A stretch of DNA of 56,856 bases, from assembly GCA_013001365.1 (NCBI GenBank), contig JABDMQ010000344.1:1-56856 (forward strand), written 5' to 3'. Source of the stretch: Flavobacteriaceae bacterium. Its GTDB lineage: Bacteria; Bacteroidota; Bacteroidia; Flavobacteriales; Flavobacteriaceae. A program made the translations under genes and the position numbers. The notes below the pieces were generated by a model. That model was not told where the DNA came from, ran no database searches, and worked only from the letters and a program-made list of their open reading frames with translations. Positions 46,401 to 56,301 of this stretch are shown here, piece after piece; within the stretch, counting starts at the first letter, position 1, and every line of letters begins with the position of its first letter.

Positions 46401-46824
46401 TGAGGAAGCTGTCTTGATGGAATTCGATAGAATTACTGAACGTGGAGGTGTACTTGGCGCCATGGAAACCATGTACCAGCGTAGCAAGATCCAGGAAGAA
46501 AGTCTTTATTATGAAACGTTAAAGCACAATGGCGAATATCCCATTATCGGAGTAAATACCTTCTTGAGTTCTAAAGGATCGCCAACAATCCTGCCAGCAG
46601 AAGTCATTCGAGCGACTGAAGAAGAGAAACAATTCCAGATTGCCACCTTGGAAAATTTGCATAAGGCACATGACACAAAGGACTTATTAAAGGACCTTCA
46701 ACAAAAGGCGATAAATAATGAGAATATCTTTGAGGCCTTGATGGAAGTCTGCAAAAAATGTTCATTAGGTCAAATTACAAACGCATTGTTTGAAGTAGGA
46801 GGACAGTACAGGAGGAATATGTAA
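43405..46824 (+). CDS. icmF: Fused isobutyryl-CoA mutase-type enzyme (IcmF-like: B12-binding domain + MeaB-like G-protein + mutase barrel, 1139 aa)
   Basis: It has an N-terminal B12-binding motif ([12 protein letters not shown]), a P-loop [12 protein letters not shown] with NKFD, and a C-terminal methylmalonyl-CoA mutase-family substrate domain. Confidence 0.88.
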   Translation: MKQIAPYKPKHKVRIVTAASLFDGHDAAINIMRRIIQSTGVEVIHLGHDRSVEEVVNTAIQEDANAIAMTSYQGGHNEYFKYMYDLLQEKGAGHIKIFGGGGGVILPEEIKDLMDYGITRIYSPDDGREMGLQGMINDLVKLADFAIGDKLNGEDKILNKKDPKAIARIISSAENFPDVANSVMKSIHVKNKTSKTPVLGITGTGGAGKSSLVDELVRRFLMDFPEKSVGLISVDPSKRKTGGALLGDRIRMNAINSPRVYMRSLATRQSNLALSKYVSEAIEVLKAAEYDLIILETSGIGQSDTEIIEHSDVSLYVMTPEFGAATQLEKIDMLDFADLVAINKFDKRGALDALRDVKKQYMRNNNLWDTPQEELPVYGTIASQFNDPGMNSLYKAVMDSLVEKAGADLKSSFEISDEMSEKIFIIPPARARYLSEIAENNRAYDKIVREQVEVAQKLYGIYKTLESVLGEETPVIDKSGISEESVSSIIEENKDFIKLLVSEFDRIKMNLDPHNWEVIIGWDKKVNRYKDPIYSFKVRDKEIKIETHTESLSHNQIPKVALPKYKAWGDILYWVLQENVPGEFPFAAGLYPFKRTGEDPARMFAGEGGPERTNRRFHYVSMGLPAKRLSTAFDSVTLYGNDPGHRPDIYGKIGNAGVSICCLDDAKKLYSGFDLADKMTSVSMTINGPAPMLLGFFMNAAIDQQCEKYIKENRLEKEVESKITKIYKDKERPHYNGDLPEGNNGLGLMLLGVTGDQVLPRKVYDEIKAKTIAQVRGTVQADILKEDQAQNTCIFSTEFALRLMGDVQEYFIDNKVRNFYSVSISGYHIAEAGANPISQLAFTLSNGFTYVEYYLSRGMDINKFGPNLSFFFSNGIDPEYAVIGRVARKIWAKALKHKYGANPRAQMLKYHIQTSGRSLHAQEIDFNDIRTTLQALYAIYDNCNSLHTNAYDEAITTPTEESVRRAMAIQLIINKELGLAKNENPLQGSFIIEELTDLVEEAVLMEFDRITERGGVLGAMETMYQRSKIQEESLYYETLKHNGEYPIIGVNTFLSSKGSPTILPAEVIRATEEEKQFQIATLENLHKAHDTKDLLKDLQQKAINNENIFEALMEVCKKCSLGQITNALFEVGGQYRRNM

Positions 46825-46874
46825 GCAGCCTCCTCAATTCTTTTTTTGTATTTTTAAATATCAACTGTAATTCA

Positions 46875-48617
46875 ATGAATTTCAATGACTATTTTAATGA
46901 ATTAAAACGGCGTAATGTCATTAGGTCTGCCATTGCTTATCTAGTAGTGGCTTGGTTGATTACTCAAGTACTTTCCATCGTCTTGCCCGCTTTTGGGGCT
47001 CCTGAGTACGTTCTTAAATGGTCATTAGTAGTATTGGCCCTTGGCTTTCCAGTTTGGCTCATTTTTGCATGGGTCTATGAATTCACTCCTGAAGGTCTAA
47101 AGAAAACCTTGGATGTAGAACCTGAACATTCCATTTCTACACAAACCGGATCTCGACTCAATAAATTAATAATTACGACACTTACCTTGGCCATTGTTAT
47201 TTTGCTTGTTGACCGATTCACTAGAGATTCGGCACAGGTTGTGGAATATGGTGATAATTCAATTGCAGTTATGCCTTTTGCAGATATGAGCCCAAAAAAG
47301 GATCATGAGTATTTTTCAGATGGCATAAGCGAAGAGCTCTTGAACTTATTGGGAAAGATTCCTGAGCTTAAGGTCATTAGTCGAACGTCTTCGTTTTCAT
47401 ATAAAGGCAAGAATGTAACAGCCACAGAGATTGGCAAAGAGTTGAAAGTATCTCACATCCTTGATGGCAGCATTCGTAAGGCTGGTAATACCATTCGTAT
47501 TACTGCTCAATTGATTAATGCCAATGATGGTACAAGTGAATGGTCGAGAACCTATGATCGAAACTTGGACAGTATTTTCAAGATCCAGGATGAAATAGCA
47601 TCGGAAGTCAGTAAGGAACTCAAGATTTCTTTGTTAGGTTTACCAGTTGAATCAAAAGTCATTGATACCGAAGCCTATAATCTTTATCTTCAAGCAAGAC
47701 ATCTTCATAATCAAACGACCAAGGATGCCTATATCAAGGCTGAAGCTATGTTAAAAGAATCTATTTCATTGGATTCAACATATGCAGCTGCTTGGCGATT
47801 ATTGGCACAGATTTATAATTCTGGTTCTTATAACTTCAGTATAAGGGAGCCCAAAGAAGGGATTCCCTTAGGATTACAAGCCATTAAAAAATCTCTTGAA
47901 CTGGACCCATATTCTGGGCACTCATATGTGACTTTAGCCAGTCTTCAGGATCTCAATTGGGAATTCGATAAATCTGCTGAAAACCTTAAGAAGGCCCTTG
48001 ATCTGGAACCTAACAATGGCGTTATTATCGGGACTGCAGCAAATATGACGTTTGGTGATCTCAACAAAATGGTAGATTTACTTAACAAGGGTATTGAAGT
48101 AGATCCATTGGTCTATGCCAATTATTTCAATCTTGGTCATGCATTATATAGACTGGGCAGATTGGATGAAGCAGAGAAGGCCTTCAAGACCTTTGAAATG
48201 TATTATCCTAATTGGCAGATTTACCATTATATGATGGCAAAAATCAGACTAGCACAGGGTAATATGGAGGAAGCCCTTAATGAGATAGAACAAGAGAAGC
48301 ATGAATTCTTCAGTCTTTATGGTCGCAATTTCATTCAATTTGCAATGGGTAACAAGAAAGAAGCAGATGCCTTATTTGCTGAATTCCTTGAAAAATATAG
48401 TGATACTGACTTTGCCAATGTTGCAGATTTATATGCATTCCGAGGGGATTATAATGCTTCTTTCGATTGGTTGAATAAGGCATTTGAAGAAAAAGACGCT
48501 GTTCTAACAGAGGCACTTACCTATCCATCATTCAAGCCCATGTATAGCGACCCTAGATGGAAGACATTAATTGAAAAAATAGGATTGCCTGAAGACCATG
48601 GTTATCCTTTACAGTGA
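46875..48617 (+). CDS. TPR-repeat protein with an N-terminal membrane anchor and a TolB-N-like domain (580 aa)
   Basis: LKRRNVIRSAIAYLVVAWLITQ is the anchor, followed by IAVMPFADMSP...ISRTSSF and several TPR-like repeats. Confidence 0.7.
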   Translation: MNFNDYFNELKRRNVIRSAIAYLVVAWLITQVLSIVLPAFGAPEYVLKWSLVVLALGFPVWLIFAWVYEFTPEGLKKTLDVEPEHSISTQTGSRLNKLIITTLTLAIVILLVDRFTRDSAQVVEYGDNSIAVMPFADMSPKKDHEYFSDGISEELLNLLGKIPELKVISRTSSFSYKGKNVTATEIGKELKVSHILDGSIRKAGNTIRITAQLINANDGTSEWSRTYDRNLDSIFKIQDEIASEVSKELKISLLGLPVESKVIDTEAYNLYLQARHLHNQTTKDAYIKAEAMLKESISLDSTYAAAWRLLAQIYNSGSYNFSIREPKEGIPLGLQAIKKSLELDPYSGHSYVTLASLQDLNWEFDKSAENLKKALDLEPNNGVIIGTAANMTFGDLNKMVDLLNKGIEVDPLVYANYFNLGHALYRLGRLDEAEKAFKTFEMYYPNWQIYHYMMAKIRLAQGNMEEALNEIEQEKHEFFSLYGRNFIQFAMGNKKEADALFAEFLEKYSDTDFANVADLYAFRGDYNASFDWLNKAFEEKDAVLTEALTYPSFKPMYSDPRWKTLIEKIGLPEDHGYPLQ

Positions 48618-48631
48618 CCAATACTTATAGA

Positions 48632-50188
48632 TCAATCTTTTATACCTGGTTGCTTTAACTCCCAGCCAGTCTTCGCCTTTTCGGCATCGACCATATCTTT
48701 CACATCTTTCAATAAACGCTTTGCGTCATAGATGATTCCATCTTTTATTGTGTATTTGATACCTTCTGTTCTCACTACTTCATTGTCTTTTGTCAATTTA
48801 ATGGCACCAGTACCATACAAGACCTTAAGGTTAACCAATGGGTTCTCCTTTACAATTACAAAATCAGCTAATTTACCAATCTGTACCGAACCGATTTTAT
48901 CATCCCAACCCAAAGCTTCAGCACCATTCAAGGTTGCTGCTCTTATGACTTCCAATGGGTGAAATCCTGCCTCTCGCAACAATTCCATTTCCCTAGGATA
49001 GGCAAACCCATAAAGTTGATAAATGAATCCTGAATCTGTACCCACGGTCACACGACCGCCTCGATTCTTGTATTCGTTGATAAATGTCATCCATAATTTG
49101 AAGTTCTTCTTCCATTCCACTTCTTGTTCAGTGCCCCAATAATGCCAATAACTTCCATGGCTGATCTTGCTAGGTTCATAGAATTTCCAAAGTGATGGCA
49201 AGGTATAGTCCTCATGCCATTCAGCACGGCGTGCGCGCTGCAAGTCGCGACTCGCTTCATAAATGTTGAATGTAGGATCCAGTGTAAAATCCAACTCAAG
49301 TAATTCGTTCATGACCTTATTCCAGTGATCGGAAAATGGCGCCGCCGCTTGTTTCCATAGCTTGCCAGCTTCCTCAAAGCGGTGTTGTTCGTTCTGGTAA
49401 TTATAATCCAACGGATAGTTCTGAACTGAACGATCATTGAATAAAGCTTCTGGCAATCCATACCAATGCTCCATGGATGTCATTCCTGCTCTAGCGGAGT
49501 GTAGTACATTCCATCGAGCCACACTTAATTGCGCATGATGAGCCGTTGATCGTAAACCTAATTTTTTATTTTCATCCAATGCAGCCTCCATGATCTCTGG
49601 TTCAGCACCAAAGAATTTAATGCCATCGGCCCCATTTTTTGCATTCTGCCGCACCCAAGCTCGAGCCATTTCTGGAGTACTTATAGGCTTGCTACTTCCT
49701 GAGCCAAATCCTGTATATTCAAATATTCTTGGTGCAACAATTTCATTAGCTGCGCTCTGACGTTTCAGCTCAATTGCATTTCGTCCACTTGGTTGTTTAA
49801 CACTAGTAATGCCATGAGCCATCCATAATTTGAAAACATATTCTGGATCTGCTCCTTGGGCATTGCCACCTATATGACCATGCATATCAACAAAGCCTGG
49901 TAAGAGGTACATTCCACTGGCATCTAGCTCTCTGCCACCTGATCTAAGCTTAGGTCTACTTGATTCTTTTATTTCAACACCAGGATAACCGACCACTTTT
50001 ATTTGTGTGATCTTATTATTCTCAACAACAATGTCTATCGGACCACGAGGTGGGGCGCCATCGCCATTTATTAGCGTAACACCTCTTATGATCAATTGAT
50101 TGAATGGCCCTTCACCCAAATAAGTTTCCTGAGAGAACGTTTGTAATACGAAAACAAGGCTGAATAATATTGATAGCTTTTTAGTCAT
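48632..50188 (-). CDS. Secreted amidohydrolase-family metallohydrolase (518 aa)
   Basis: It has a signal peptide, the HxH metal motif FVDMHGHIGG and a C-terminal GSVQIGKLADFVIV motif. Confidence 0.8.
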   Translation of the reverse strand: MTKKLSILFSLVFVLQTFSQETYLGEGPFNQLIIRGVTLINGDGAPPRGPIDIVVENNKITQIKVVGYPGVEIKESSRPKLRSGGRELDASGMYLLPGFVDMHGHIGGNAQGADPEYVFKLWMAHGITSVKQPSGRNAIELKRQSAANEIVAPRIFEYTGFGSGSSKPISTPEMARAWVRQNAKNGADGIKFFGAEPEIMEAALDENKKLGLRSTAHHAQLSVARWNVLHSARAGMTSMEHWYGLPEALFNDRSVQNYPLDYNYQNEQHRFEEAGKLWKQAAAPFSDHWNKVMNELLELDFTLDPTFNIYEASRDLQRARRAEWHEDYTLPSLWKFYEPSKISHGSYWHYWGTEQEVEWKKNFKLWMTFINEYKNRGGRVTVGTDSGFIYQLYGFAYPREMELLREAGFHPLEVIRAATLNGAEALGWDDKIGSVQIGKLADFVIVKENPLVNLKVLYGTGAIKLTKDNEVVRTEGIKYTIKDGIIYDAKRLLKDVKDMVDAEKAKTGWELKQPGIKD

Positions 50189-50202
50189 GACGATTAGTTT
50201 GA

Positions 50203-52758
50203 TTAGTCTCTTCCTTTCGGAATTCGAATTTTATTGCCCAAGAACAAGGCATTCAAGAACAAGCGATTGGTTCCGTACCATGATCCACGGAAATTCGGGT
50301 TATCTGCAAACATGACGGCGCGTCCACTTCCCATTGGACTTACGATTAACGATGCGGAAGGTTTGAGATAAGTCTCTAGGTTTTTCTTTGAAATGTATCC
50401 ATCTACATGTGGGTCTTTAGTGTATTTCGCTACAGTGGAGTATGCATTCTTGCTTGGTTGTACGAACACTTCATTGTTCTTGTAAACCGGGATTGTCTTG
50501 TTTCGGTATCCAAACGCCAAAGGATGCGTTAAATCGAGATCTACATAAAAAATGGCACCGCCTAGTTCTTCTCTTCCAAGGTTTTCCCTAGCATCTACAT
50601 ATTGTAATCGCTTCACATCTTTAGTCTTTGAAGTGTCCTTAGGTTTCTTGGTCAATTTTTCCTTAACTAGTTTTTTGTCCACTAACCATTTTGTGGCATT
50701 AGCTATGGTTACGAGCGTATTTCCTTTTGAGGCCCACGTCTTCAATTTTCCTCTTTGGATGGAATCCAATTGATTATAACTTCCAGACACCATCACTAAC
50801 GTATTGTATTTATCCAGATTCAAGTTTCTCCAACGATTTACCTGCAATTTGGTAATTGGCATATGTACTCTTGTATCTAACAAATGCCAGACTTCACCTG
50901 CTTCGTAGGAACTAACGCCATCACCAATCAGTAATGCGGCCTTTGGTTTCTTAAGTGCTTGAAAATTCCTGCTTCCAAGGTCGATTCCTTCTTTGCTGAA
51001 TCCTGAATTGGCACCATATACAGGGACTTGATACTTCTCTTGAGCTGCTTTAACAATAGCAAAGACCTCTTGTGGTGATTTCTTCTGAAGACTAATAGGA
51101 ATCAAGATACTTCCATAGTTGAAACTTTGAGTTCCGCTTGATGTATTTATCGTGAAAGGCTTGAAGGCCGAAGACGCTTTTAATCCCTTACTTTGCATAT
51201 GGTACAAGGCTGCAGGCGCATTGTAATCATCCCAATCCATGATGTAAGCGTATTCCGCTTTTTGAATTGCCGAGACATTTACCAAGCCATCAGTACTTGT
51301 TATTTCCAGTCCGAGATTTGTGCTTCTGACCCCGCGATGCTGCATATTATAAAAGTTCGAAACACTCCAAGCTGATGCATCGTAAAACACGCTATCCCGA
51401 TACTTATCGTAAGATTCAAAGAGGTTTTGAACCATCCTGCGCTGAGGTTGTTTTAATGGGACAACGAATTTGTTTCCGTTTTTATAGACTTTTATTTTAT
51501 GAACTAAAAGCTTGTCAATAAAAGCCTTGTTTCGGTTCATATCATACTGGTCACCAAATTCGTATGCCGAGAAACCTGTTGCTACCTTTTCATTTATAGC
51601 GGTCTTGAAGAATTTCTGTTGGTATTTCCTTAGAGTCGACCTGTTCTCAACAGCTGCCTTTACTGTAGCGATGCTTGACACATATTGGTTTCTTATAGTG
51701 AAAGGGAAGGAGATCTTACCATAATCGGTATCCTGCAAATGACCTCGAGAACTCGCCTGTTCAAACAATAATGCTAAAGCACCTTGCAAGTCTGGATATG
51801 ACGACCCATAGCCAGGGTAAGTACCATCGAAAGCCTCTTTTGTGAAATAAAAAGACCCAATATCATCCAATGCTTCCTTAAAATAACCAGCAAATAGGTC
51901 GTTGAGGTCTTCATAATTCTCCTTGGGCATGATTGGGTCCCACGAAGCGTTTGGTTTCATGGGTTCAAAGAAATAGGAACTATTAGTGCCCATTTCATGA
52001 AAATCGGTTACTACATTCGGATACCATTCATGAATCCATTTTAGTTTTCCACGACTCTCAGGATTAATCGCCAGCAACCAATCACGATTCAAGTCAAACC
52101 AATAATGGTTCGTTCGGCCTCGTGGCCACCCTTCATTATGCTCAGCATCCTGACCATCGGACACCAATGGATTGGCCTGATATTGGTTGGCCCATTGTGT
52201 ATGACGATCCCGACCATCTGGATTGATGGTTGGGTCGATGAATATCACGGCATTATCTAGATAATTAGTGACTTCAGGACTGTTTGAAGCGACCATGGTA
52301 TAAGCTGTAAGTAATGCAGCCTCAGAACTGGACGGTTCGTTACCATGCACATTATATGCTAAGTTTATAAAAACAGGTAGGTCGTAATTAGATGCATTCT
52401 TCGAGGCATCCACGAAATCTAAATGTTGTTTTTTTAAATTATCAAGGTTGCCTTGATTTTGAGAGGTGGTGACCGTCAGGATAACTAAAGGACGATGTTC
52501 ATGAGTTTTCCCGTACTGGTAAATGGTTGCCCGATCAGACACTTCAGCAAGTTTGGTCAAGTAAGCGACAATGCGATCATGACGTGTATGCTGCTGACCA
52601 ATAGGATAACCAAGAAATGCCTCTGGAGATGGTATATCAGGATTGAAAGGTGCTTTATTTTTAAAGAAATAATCTTGAGATTGAAGGTTAAAGGTCAATA
52701 AAAGAAGTACGAGGGTGACTAGTGATTGTTTGATTGGCATTGTAATGGATTTTGACAA
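50203..52758 (-). CDS. Secreted M14-family zinc carboxypeptidase, long form (851 aa)
   Basis: It has a signal peptide, the zinc motif NVHGNEPSS (HxxE), a downstream FHEMG, and a long C-terminal extension. Confidence 0.8.
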   Translation of the reverse strand: MSKSITMPIKQSLVTLVLLLLTFNLQSQDYFFKNKAPFNPDIPSPEAFLGYPIGQQHTRHDRIVAYLTKLAEVSDRATIYQYGKTHEHRPLVILTVTTSQNQGNLDNLKKQHLDFVDASKNASNYDLPVFINLAYNVHGNEPSSSEAALLTAYTMVASNSPEVTNYLDNAVIFIDPTINPDGRDRHTQWANQYQANPLVSDGQDAEHNEGWPRGRTNHYWFDLNRDWLLAINPESRGKLKWIHEWYPNVVTDFHEMGTNSSYFFEPMKPNASWDPIMPKENYEDLNDLFAGYFKEALDDIGSFYFTKEAFDGTYPGYGSSYPDLQGALALLFEQASSRGHLQDTDYGKISFPFTIRNQYVSSIATVKAAVENRSTLRKYQQKFFKTAINEKVATGFSAYEFGDQYDMNRNKAFIDKLLVHKIKVYKNGNKFVVPLKQPQRRMVQNLFESYDKYRDSVFYDASAWSVSNFYNMQHRGVRSTNLGLEITSTDGLVNVSAIQKAEYAYIMDWDDYNAPAALYHMQSKGLKASSAFKPFTINTSSGTQSFNYGSILIPISLQKKSPQEVFAIVKAAQEKYQVPVYGANSGFSKEGIDLGSRNFQALKKPKAALLIGDGVSSYEAGEVWHLLDTRVHMPITKLQVNRWRNLNLDKYNTLVMVSGSYNQLDSIQRGKLKTWASKGNTLVTIANATKWLVDKKLVKEKLTKKPKDTSKTKDVKRLQYVDARENLGREELGGAIFYVDLDLTHPLAFGYRNKTIPVYKNNEVFVQPSKNAYSTVAKYTKDPHVDGYISKKNLETYLKPSASLIVSPMGSGRAVMFADNPNFRGSWYGTNRLFLNALFLGNKIRIPKGRD

Positions 52759-52868
52759 TGAAGATAAAAAATACTACAGACTTTGGTTAGTTAAACCTGC
52801 TTAAATTCGTGATTTAATCCCAAAAGTTTCGTATCTTAAAAAGTTAGGAATCAATAAATCCATGTATC

Positions 52869-52970
52869 ATGAAAACCAAGGAGTGTACTTGTACTTGCGA
52901 AGGATGTTCTAATGGTCACTGTGAAAACTGCAAATGTGAAAATTGTAATTGCGAAGGTTGCAATTGCTAA
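52869..52970 (+). CDS. Unlisted 33-aa Cys-rich ORF, metallothionein-like (MKTKECTCTCEGCSNGHCENCKCENCNCEGCNC)
   Basis: I translated it by hand. It has 11 Cys in 33 residues, arranged as CxC and CxxC motifs with four CE[GN]C[SKN] pentads. It lies in the 230-nt gap between the M14 and DJ-1 genes. I found no clear promoter box or terminator. Confidence 0.45.
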   Translation: MKTKECTCTCEGCSNGHCENCKCENCNCEGCNC

Positions 52971-52989
52971 GCATTAAATACACCTGATT

Positions 52990-53736
52990 CTATTCTACTA
53001 CTAAATGTGGTACGGACTCCAATTGCCAATCAATAACCAATCCTCCAGCCAAAGATTGAGCGATTTCCTTACCATAAAGATATTCGCTTAAGTAAAGCGC
53101 TGCTTCAAACGATTTGGCGCCACCTGCTGAGGTAATGTATTTGCCATCATGCACAAATAGCATGTCTTTCCTGATATCAAGATCCGGAAACATATCGCGC
53201 ATCTTGTCTATATCGCTAGGGAAAGTGGTAGATACGTAGTTGTCCAACAAACCAGCTTTAGCAAGAACAAAAGCACCGTCGCAATGTGAAGTCATGAATT
53301 GTGCTTCTTTATCTATTCGTTTTACGAAATCGATCATGACTTTATCTTCAAGGTCAGTATCCAAGTGATGCTCGGCACTTGGCACAACTAGAATATCTAT
53401 TTTTGGTAAAGAATCCCTTACATAATTATAATCCGGAAGGATTCGCATACCTTCAAATGTTGTGATTGGGTCATCTGTATTCGCCACAGTAAACACATTC
53501 ATGGCCTTGATGTTCTTACGATATTGGGTATGTTGAAAAATATCATAAGGTGCCGTAAGTTCCGTATTGTAAACGCCTTCCATGATAAGGAATGCGACGT
53601 TATAACGATTTGGTTCCAGTTTTGGAACCGTTTTTTCGACCCATTCATTTTCAGTATCATCCAACGAATTATTTTTCTCAGTATTGTTGCAGGCAAGAAG
53701 AGATATTGTAATTAGAAATAATACAACTTTATTCAT
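52990..53736 (-). CDS. DJ-1/PfpI-family protein with a lipoprotein leader
   Basis: It has the lipobox LLACNN and a nucleophile-elbow Cys in MTSHCDGAFVLAKAG. Confidence 0.8.
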   Translation of the reverse strand: MNKVVLFLITISLLACNNTEKNNSLDDTENEWVEKTVPKLEPNRYNVAFLIMEGVYNTELTAPYDIFQHTQYRKNIKAMNVFTVANTDDPITTFEGMRILPDYNYVRDSLPKIDILVVPSAEHHLDTDLEDKVMIDFVKRIDKEAQFMTSHCDGAFVLAKAGLLDNYVSTTFPSDIDKMRDMFPDLDIRKDMLFVHDGKYITSAGGAKSFEAALYLSEYLYGKEIAQSLAGGLVIDWQLESVPHLVVE

Positions 53737-54940
53737 GATTTATTTTTTTGATCATTCGATTTCGAAGAATATACAATAACAAGATACAAAGGATCATCAT
53801 TATGGTTGCAACATGCCATGTGAAATCGAATCCATACCTATCAATGAGTTGCATTCCTGAATTATGTCCGAAAATATGAGCGACAGAAAAAGCAATGCTG
53901 TACATGGCCATATATTCGCCTTGATTACCCCTTTTTGCTCTCTGCAAGGCATAGGAATTACTGAAAGGGAAAAAAATCATCTCGCCAATGGTCATCAACA
54001 GCATTCCTATGATCAATATACCTACCCAGCTTGTTAAATTAAGGACTACAAAACTCAATGCTACCAGGATGACTCCTATTGCCATTAAGCCTGATTTGGT
54101 ATTCCTCCGGCCTTCAAGCCATTTAATCAAGGGCATTTCAAATAATGCAATCACTAAACCGTTCATGGCCATTAACAGTCCAATCTGCTGTTCAGAAAGT
54201 GAATGGGCGTCTTTATAATAAATTGGGATGGTCGAGAAATACTGTAGAAAGACAATGCCGAACAATAACATTGCTGCCAAGAATATCCAATAGGACTTGT
54301 CACGATATGCCGATATCGGATTGTTGTTGACCACTTCATCCTGAACCTTTGTTGATCTTGGATGCAACACATACAAGAGCAAGATTCCTGCGATAATACA
54401 TGTAATGCCATCTACCCAAAACAAACCTTCATATCCCATGGTAGCTATGATAAGACCACCAACTGCTGGACCTGCTGAGAAACCAAGGTTTATGGCTAGA
54501 CGAATAAGGGTTACAGAACGTGTCTTGTTTTCTGGTTTGCTATAAGCACTAAGGGCTACATACATGGCTGGACGAAATGAATCAGCTACAAGCATAACCA
54601 AGAAGATACCAATGCAGATACTTTCGAAGGTAGATAGGAATTGAAGTCCAATGAAAAGGACTCCTGTAGAGAACAAACTAAAAAGCATCACGTGATAATA
54701 ACCGATTCTATCGGTTAGTTTACCACCTAACCAAGAGCCAGCAACAGAACCAAGTCCAAAACAAGACATGATCCATCCCACATCACTCAAAGTGAATCCC
54801 ATGTTCTTGGTTAAATACAATGATAAAAACGGAATTACCATGGTCCCAGCGCGATTGATCAGCGTAATAAGTGAGAGCCACCATACTTCTCGAGAAAGTC
54901 CGTCGAAGGTCTTGAGGTAATCTTTGTATAGTTTGACCAT
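53729..54940 (-). CDS. MFS transporter (403 aa, 12 TM)
   Basis: It has a typical MFS topology and a loop 2-3 motif (GKLTDRIGY). It overlaps the downstream DJ-1 gene by 8 nt. Confidence 0.85.
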   Translation of the reverse strand: MVKLYKDYLKTFDGLSREVWWLSLITLINRAGTMVIPFLSLYLTKNMGFTLSDVGWIMSCFGLGSVAGSWLGGKLTDRIGYYHVMLFSLFSTGVLFIGLQFLSTFESICIGIFLVMLVADSFRPAMYVALSAYSKPENKTRSVTLIRLAINLGFSAGPAVGGLIIATMGYEGLFWVDGITCIIAGILLLYVLHPRSTKVQDEVVNNNPISAYRDKSYWIFLAAMLLFGIVFLQYFSTIPIYYKDAHSLSEQQIGLLMAMNGLVIALFEMPLIKWLEGRRNTKSGLMAIGVILVALSFVVLNLTSWVGILIIGMLLMTIGEMIFFPFSNSYALQRAKRGNQGEYMAMYSIAFSVAHIFGHNSGMQLIDRYGFDFTWHVATIMMILCILLLYILRNRMIKKINHE

Positions 54941-55142
54941 TGATTGATTATTGGTATAAATTTAAAAAGTCCGACATTGATGTCAGACTTTTTACAATTG
55001 TTTAATGCTATTTCTATATCATCACAATATATAAGATGTCCGACTTCTAATTGAAGTGGTAAATTGAATCTTATATGTTGTGACTAATTTCATTTATACT
55101 TTCTTAATTACCTTCAAAACTAAACAAAATAATGATATGTTG

Positions 55143-55150
55143 TATTTTTG
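55143..55150 (+). promoter_or_regulatory. Candidate -7 box (TATTTTTG) for the DUF4252 gene
   Basis: It lies 20 nt upstream of the ATG at 55170. Confidence 0.45.
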
Positions 55151-55169
55151 AATTTATAATTAAAACGCA

Positions 55170-55697
55170 ATGAAAAAAACATTTGCATTGATCATCATTA
55201 GTTGTTTCTTTTTAGGCTGCGGGAGTAGTTTCCAGAGTTTCTATAACAAACATAAAAACGATATTGGCGCCACTTCTTTTCAAGTGCCAAATTTCATGAA
55301 GGCCATGCTTGGGGTCATGAACCCTGAGGCCAAGAGCATTGTTGGCAATCTTTCGGACCTTAAATACATCAAGCTCACGAATGTCCAGGAATTGAGAAGA
55401 GGAAGCATCATTGAAGAGATGAATGCTGTCACGAATTCCGGATTTATCGATATGTTCAGGAAGAATGAAATAGCACAAACAAGGATTATTTCCGTCAAGG
55501 AACTCGGTGTTGTTCTTACTGATGTCATTCTATTTAATAGCAGGGGTAGTGAAATTTCAGCCTTTTATTTAAAAGGACGTTTTGACCCTGAAAAAATCAA
55601 GGCATTATCTGATGAGGATACATTCGATAGCTTTACGACATCATTGGTTCAGTCTTATCAAACTAGCTTAAATCCATCTTTCAATCCTAACCAATAG
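55170..55697 (+). CDS. DUF4252-like lipoprotein
   Basis: The lipobox FLGCGS and a YIKLTN...KELGVVLTDVILF pattern resemble DUF4252. Confidence 0.55.
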   Translation: MKKTFALIIISCFFLGCGSSFQSFYNKHKNDIGATSFQVPNFMKAMLGVMNPEAKSIVGNLSDLKYIKLTNVQELRRGSIIEEMNAVTNSGFIDMFRKNEIAQTRIISVKELGVVLTDVILFNSRGSEISAFYLKGRFDPEKIKALSDEDTFDSFTTSLVQSYQTSLNPSFNPNQ

Positions 55698-55698
55698 C

Positions 55699-56301
55699 AT
55701 GAGGTTCATTATTTGTACTTTGATCGTATTGATCTTTTCGAGTTGTGGTCAAGATAAACGTCCCATTTTAGGTAGCACTGATTTCCAAAGAAAAATCAAT
55801 GCAGAATTCAAGGATGCCACAACATCCCCATTAAAGGATAAGGACAGGAAGAATTTTTCAAGCCTTGAATTCTTTGAAGTGGATAGTAGCTATACCGTAA
55901 AGGCAAAATTGGAACGTACACAAGATTCCGAATGGTTCAAGATGAAGACTACAACCAGTCGCTTGACTGAAGAACGCATCTATGGTATTTTAGCTTTCGA
56001 ATTAAAGGGCAAATTATTTCAACTTAACGTCTACCAAGGAAAAGACCTCATGGCGGAGGAAGAATTCAAGGATTATTTGTTCTTGCCATTCCTTGACGAT
56101 TCTAATGGTGAGGAAACTTATGGTGGTGGTCGTTATATGGACCTAAGGATTCCAGAAGGCGATTCGATAAATCTAGATTTCAACATGGCCTATAATCCTT
56201 ATTGTGTTTATAACGAAAAATTCTCGTGTCCGCTAGTTCCTAGAGAGAACTATCTTGCTACCAAGATATATGCTGGTGTTAAAATGTTCAAGAAGAAATG
56301 A
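55699..56301 (+). CDS. DUF1684 domain protein
   Basis: ETYGGGRYMDL and AYNPYCVYNEKFSCPLVPRENYL are characteristic of DUF1684. Confidence 0.75.
   Translation: MRFIICTLIVLIFSSCGQDKRPILGSTDFQRKINAEFKDATTSPLKDKDRKNFSSLEFFEVDSSYTVKAKLERTQDSEWFKMKTTTSRLTEERIYGILAFELKGKLFQLNVYQGKDLMAEEEFKDYLFLPFLDDSNGEETYGGGRYMDLRIPEGDSINLDFNMAYNPYCVYNEKFSCPLVPRENYLATKIYAGVKMFKKK

Noticed and set aside
52862-52912. An alternative ATG at 52862 precedes the Cys-rich sORF (MYHENQGVYLYLRRMF).
   Set aside because: It is a different frame that terminates after 16 codons and has no distinctive features. The frame starting at 52869 gives the striking Cys pattern and DNA-level pentad repeats.
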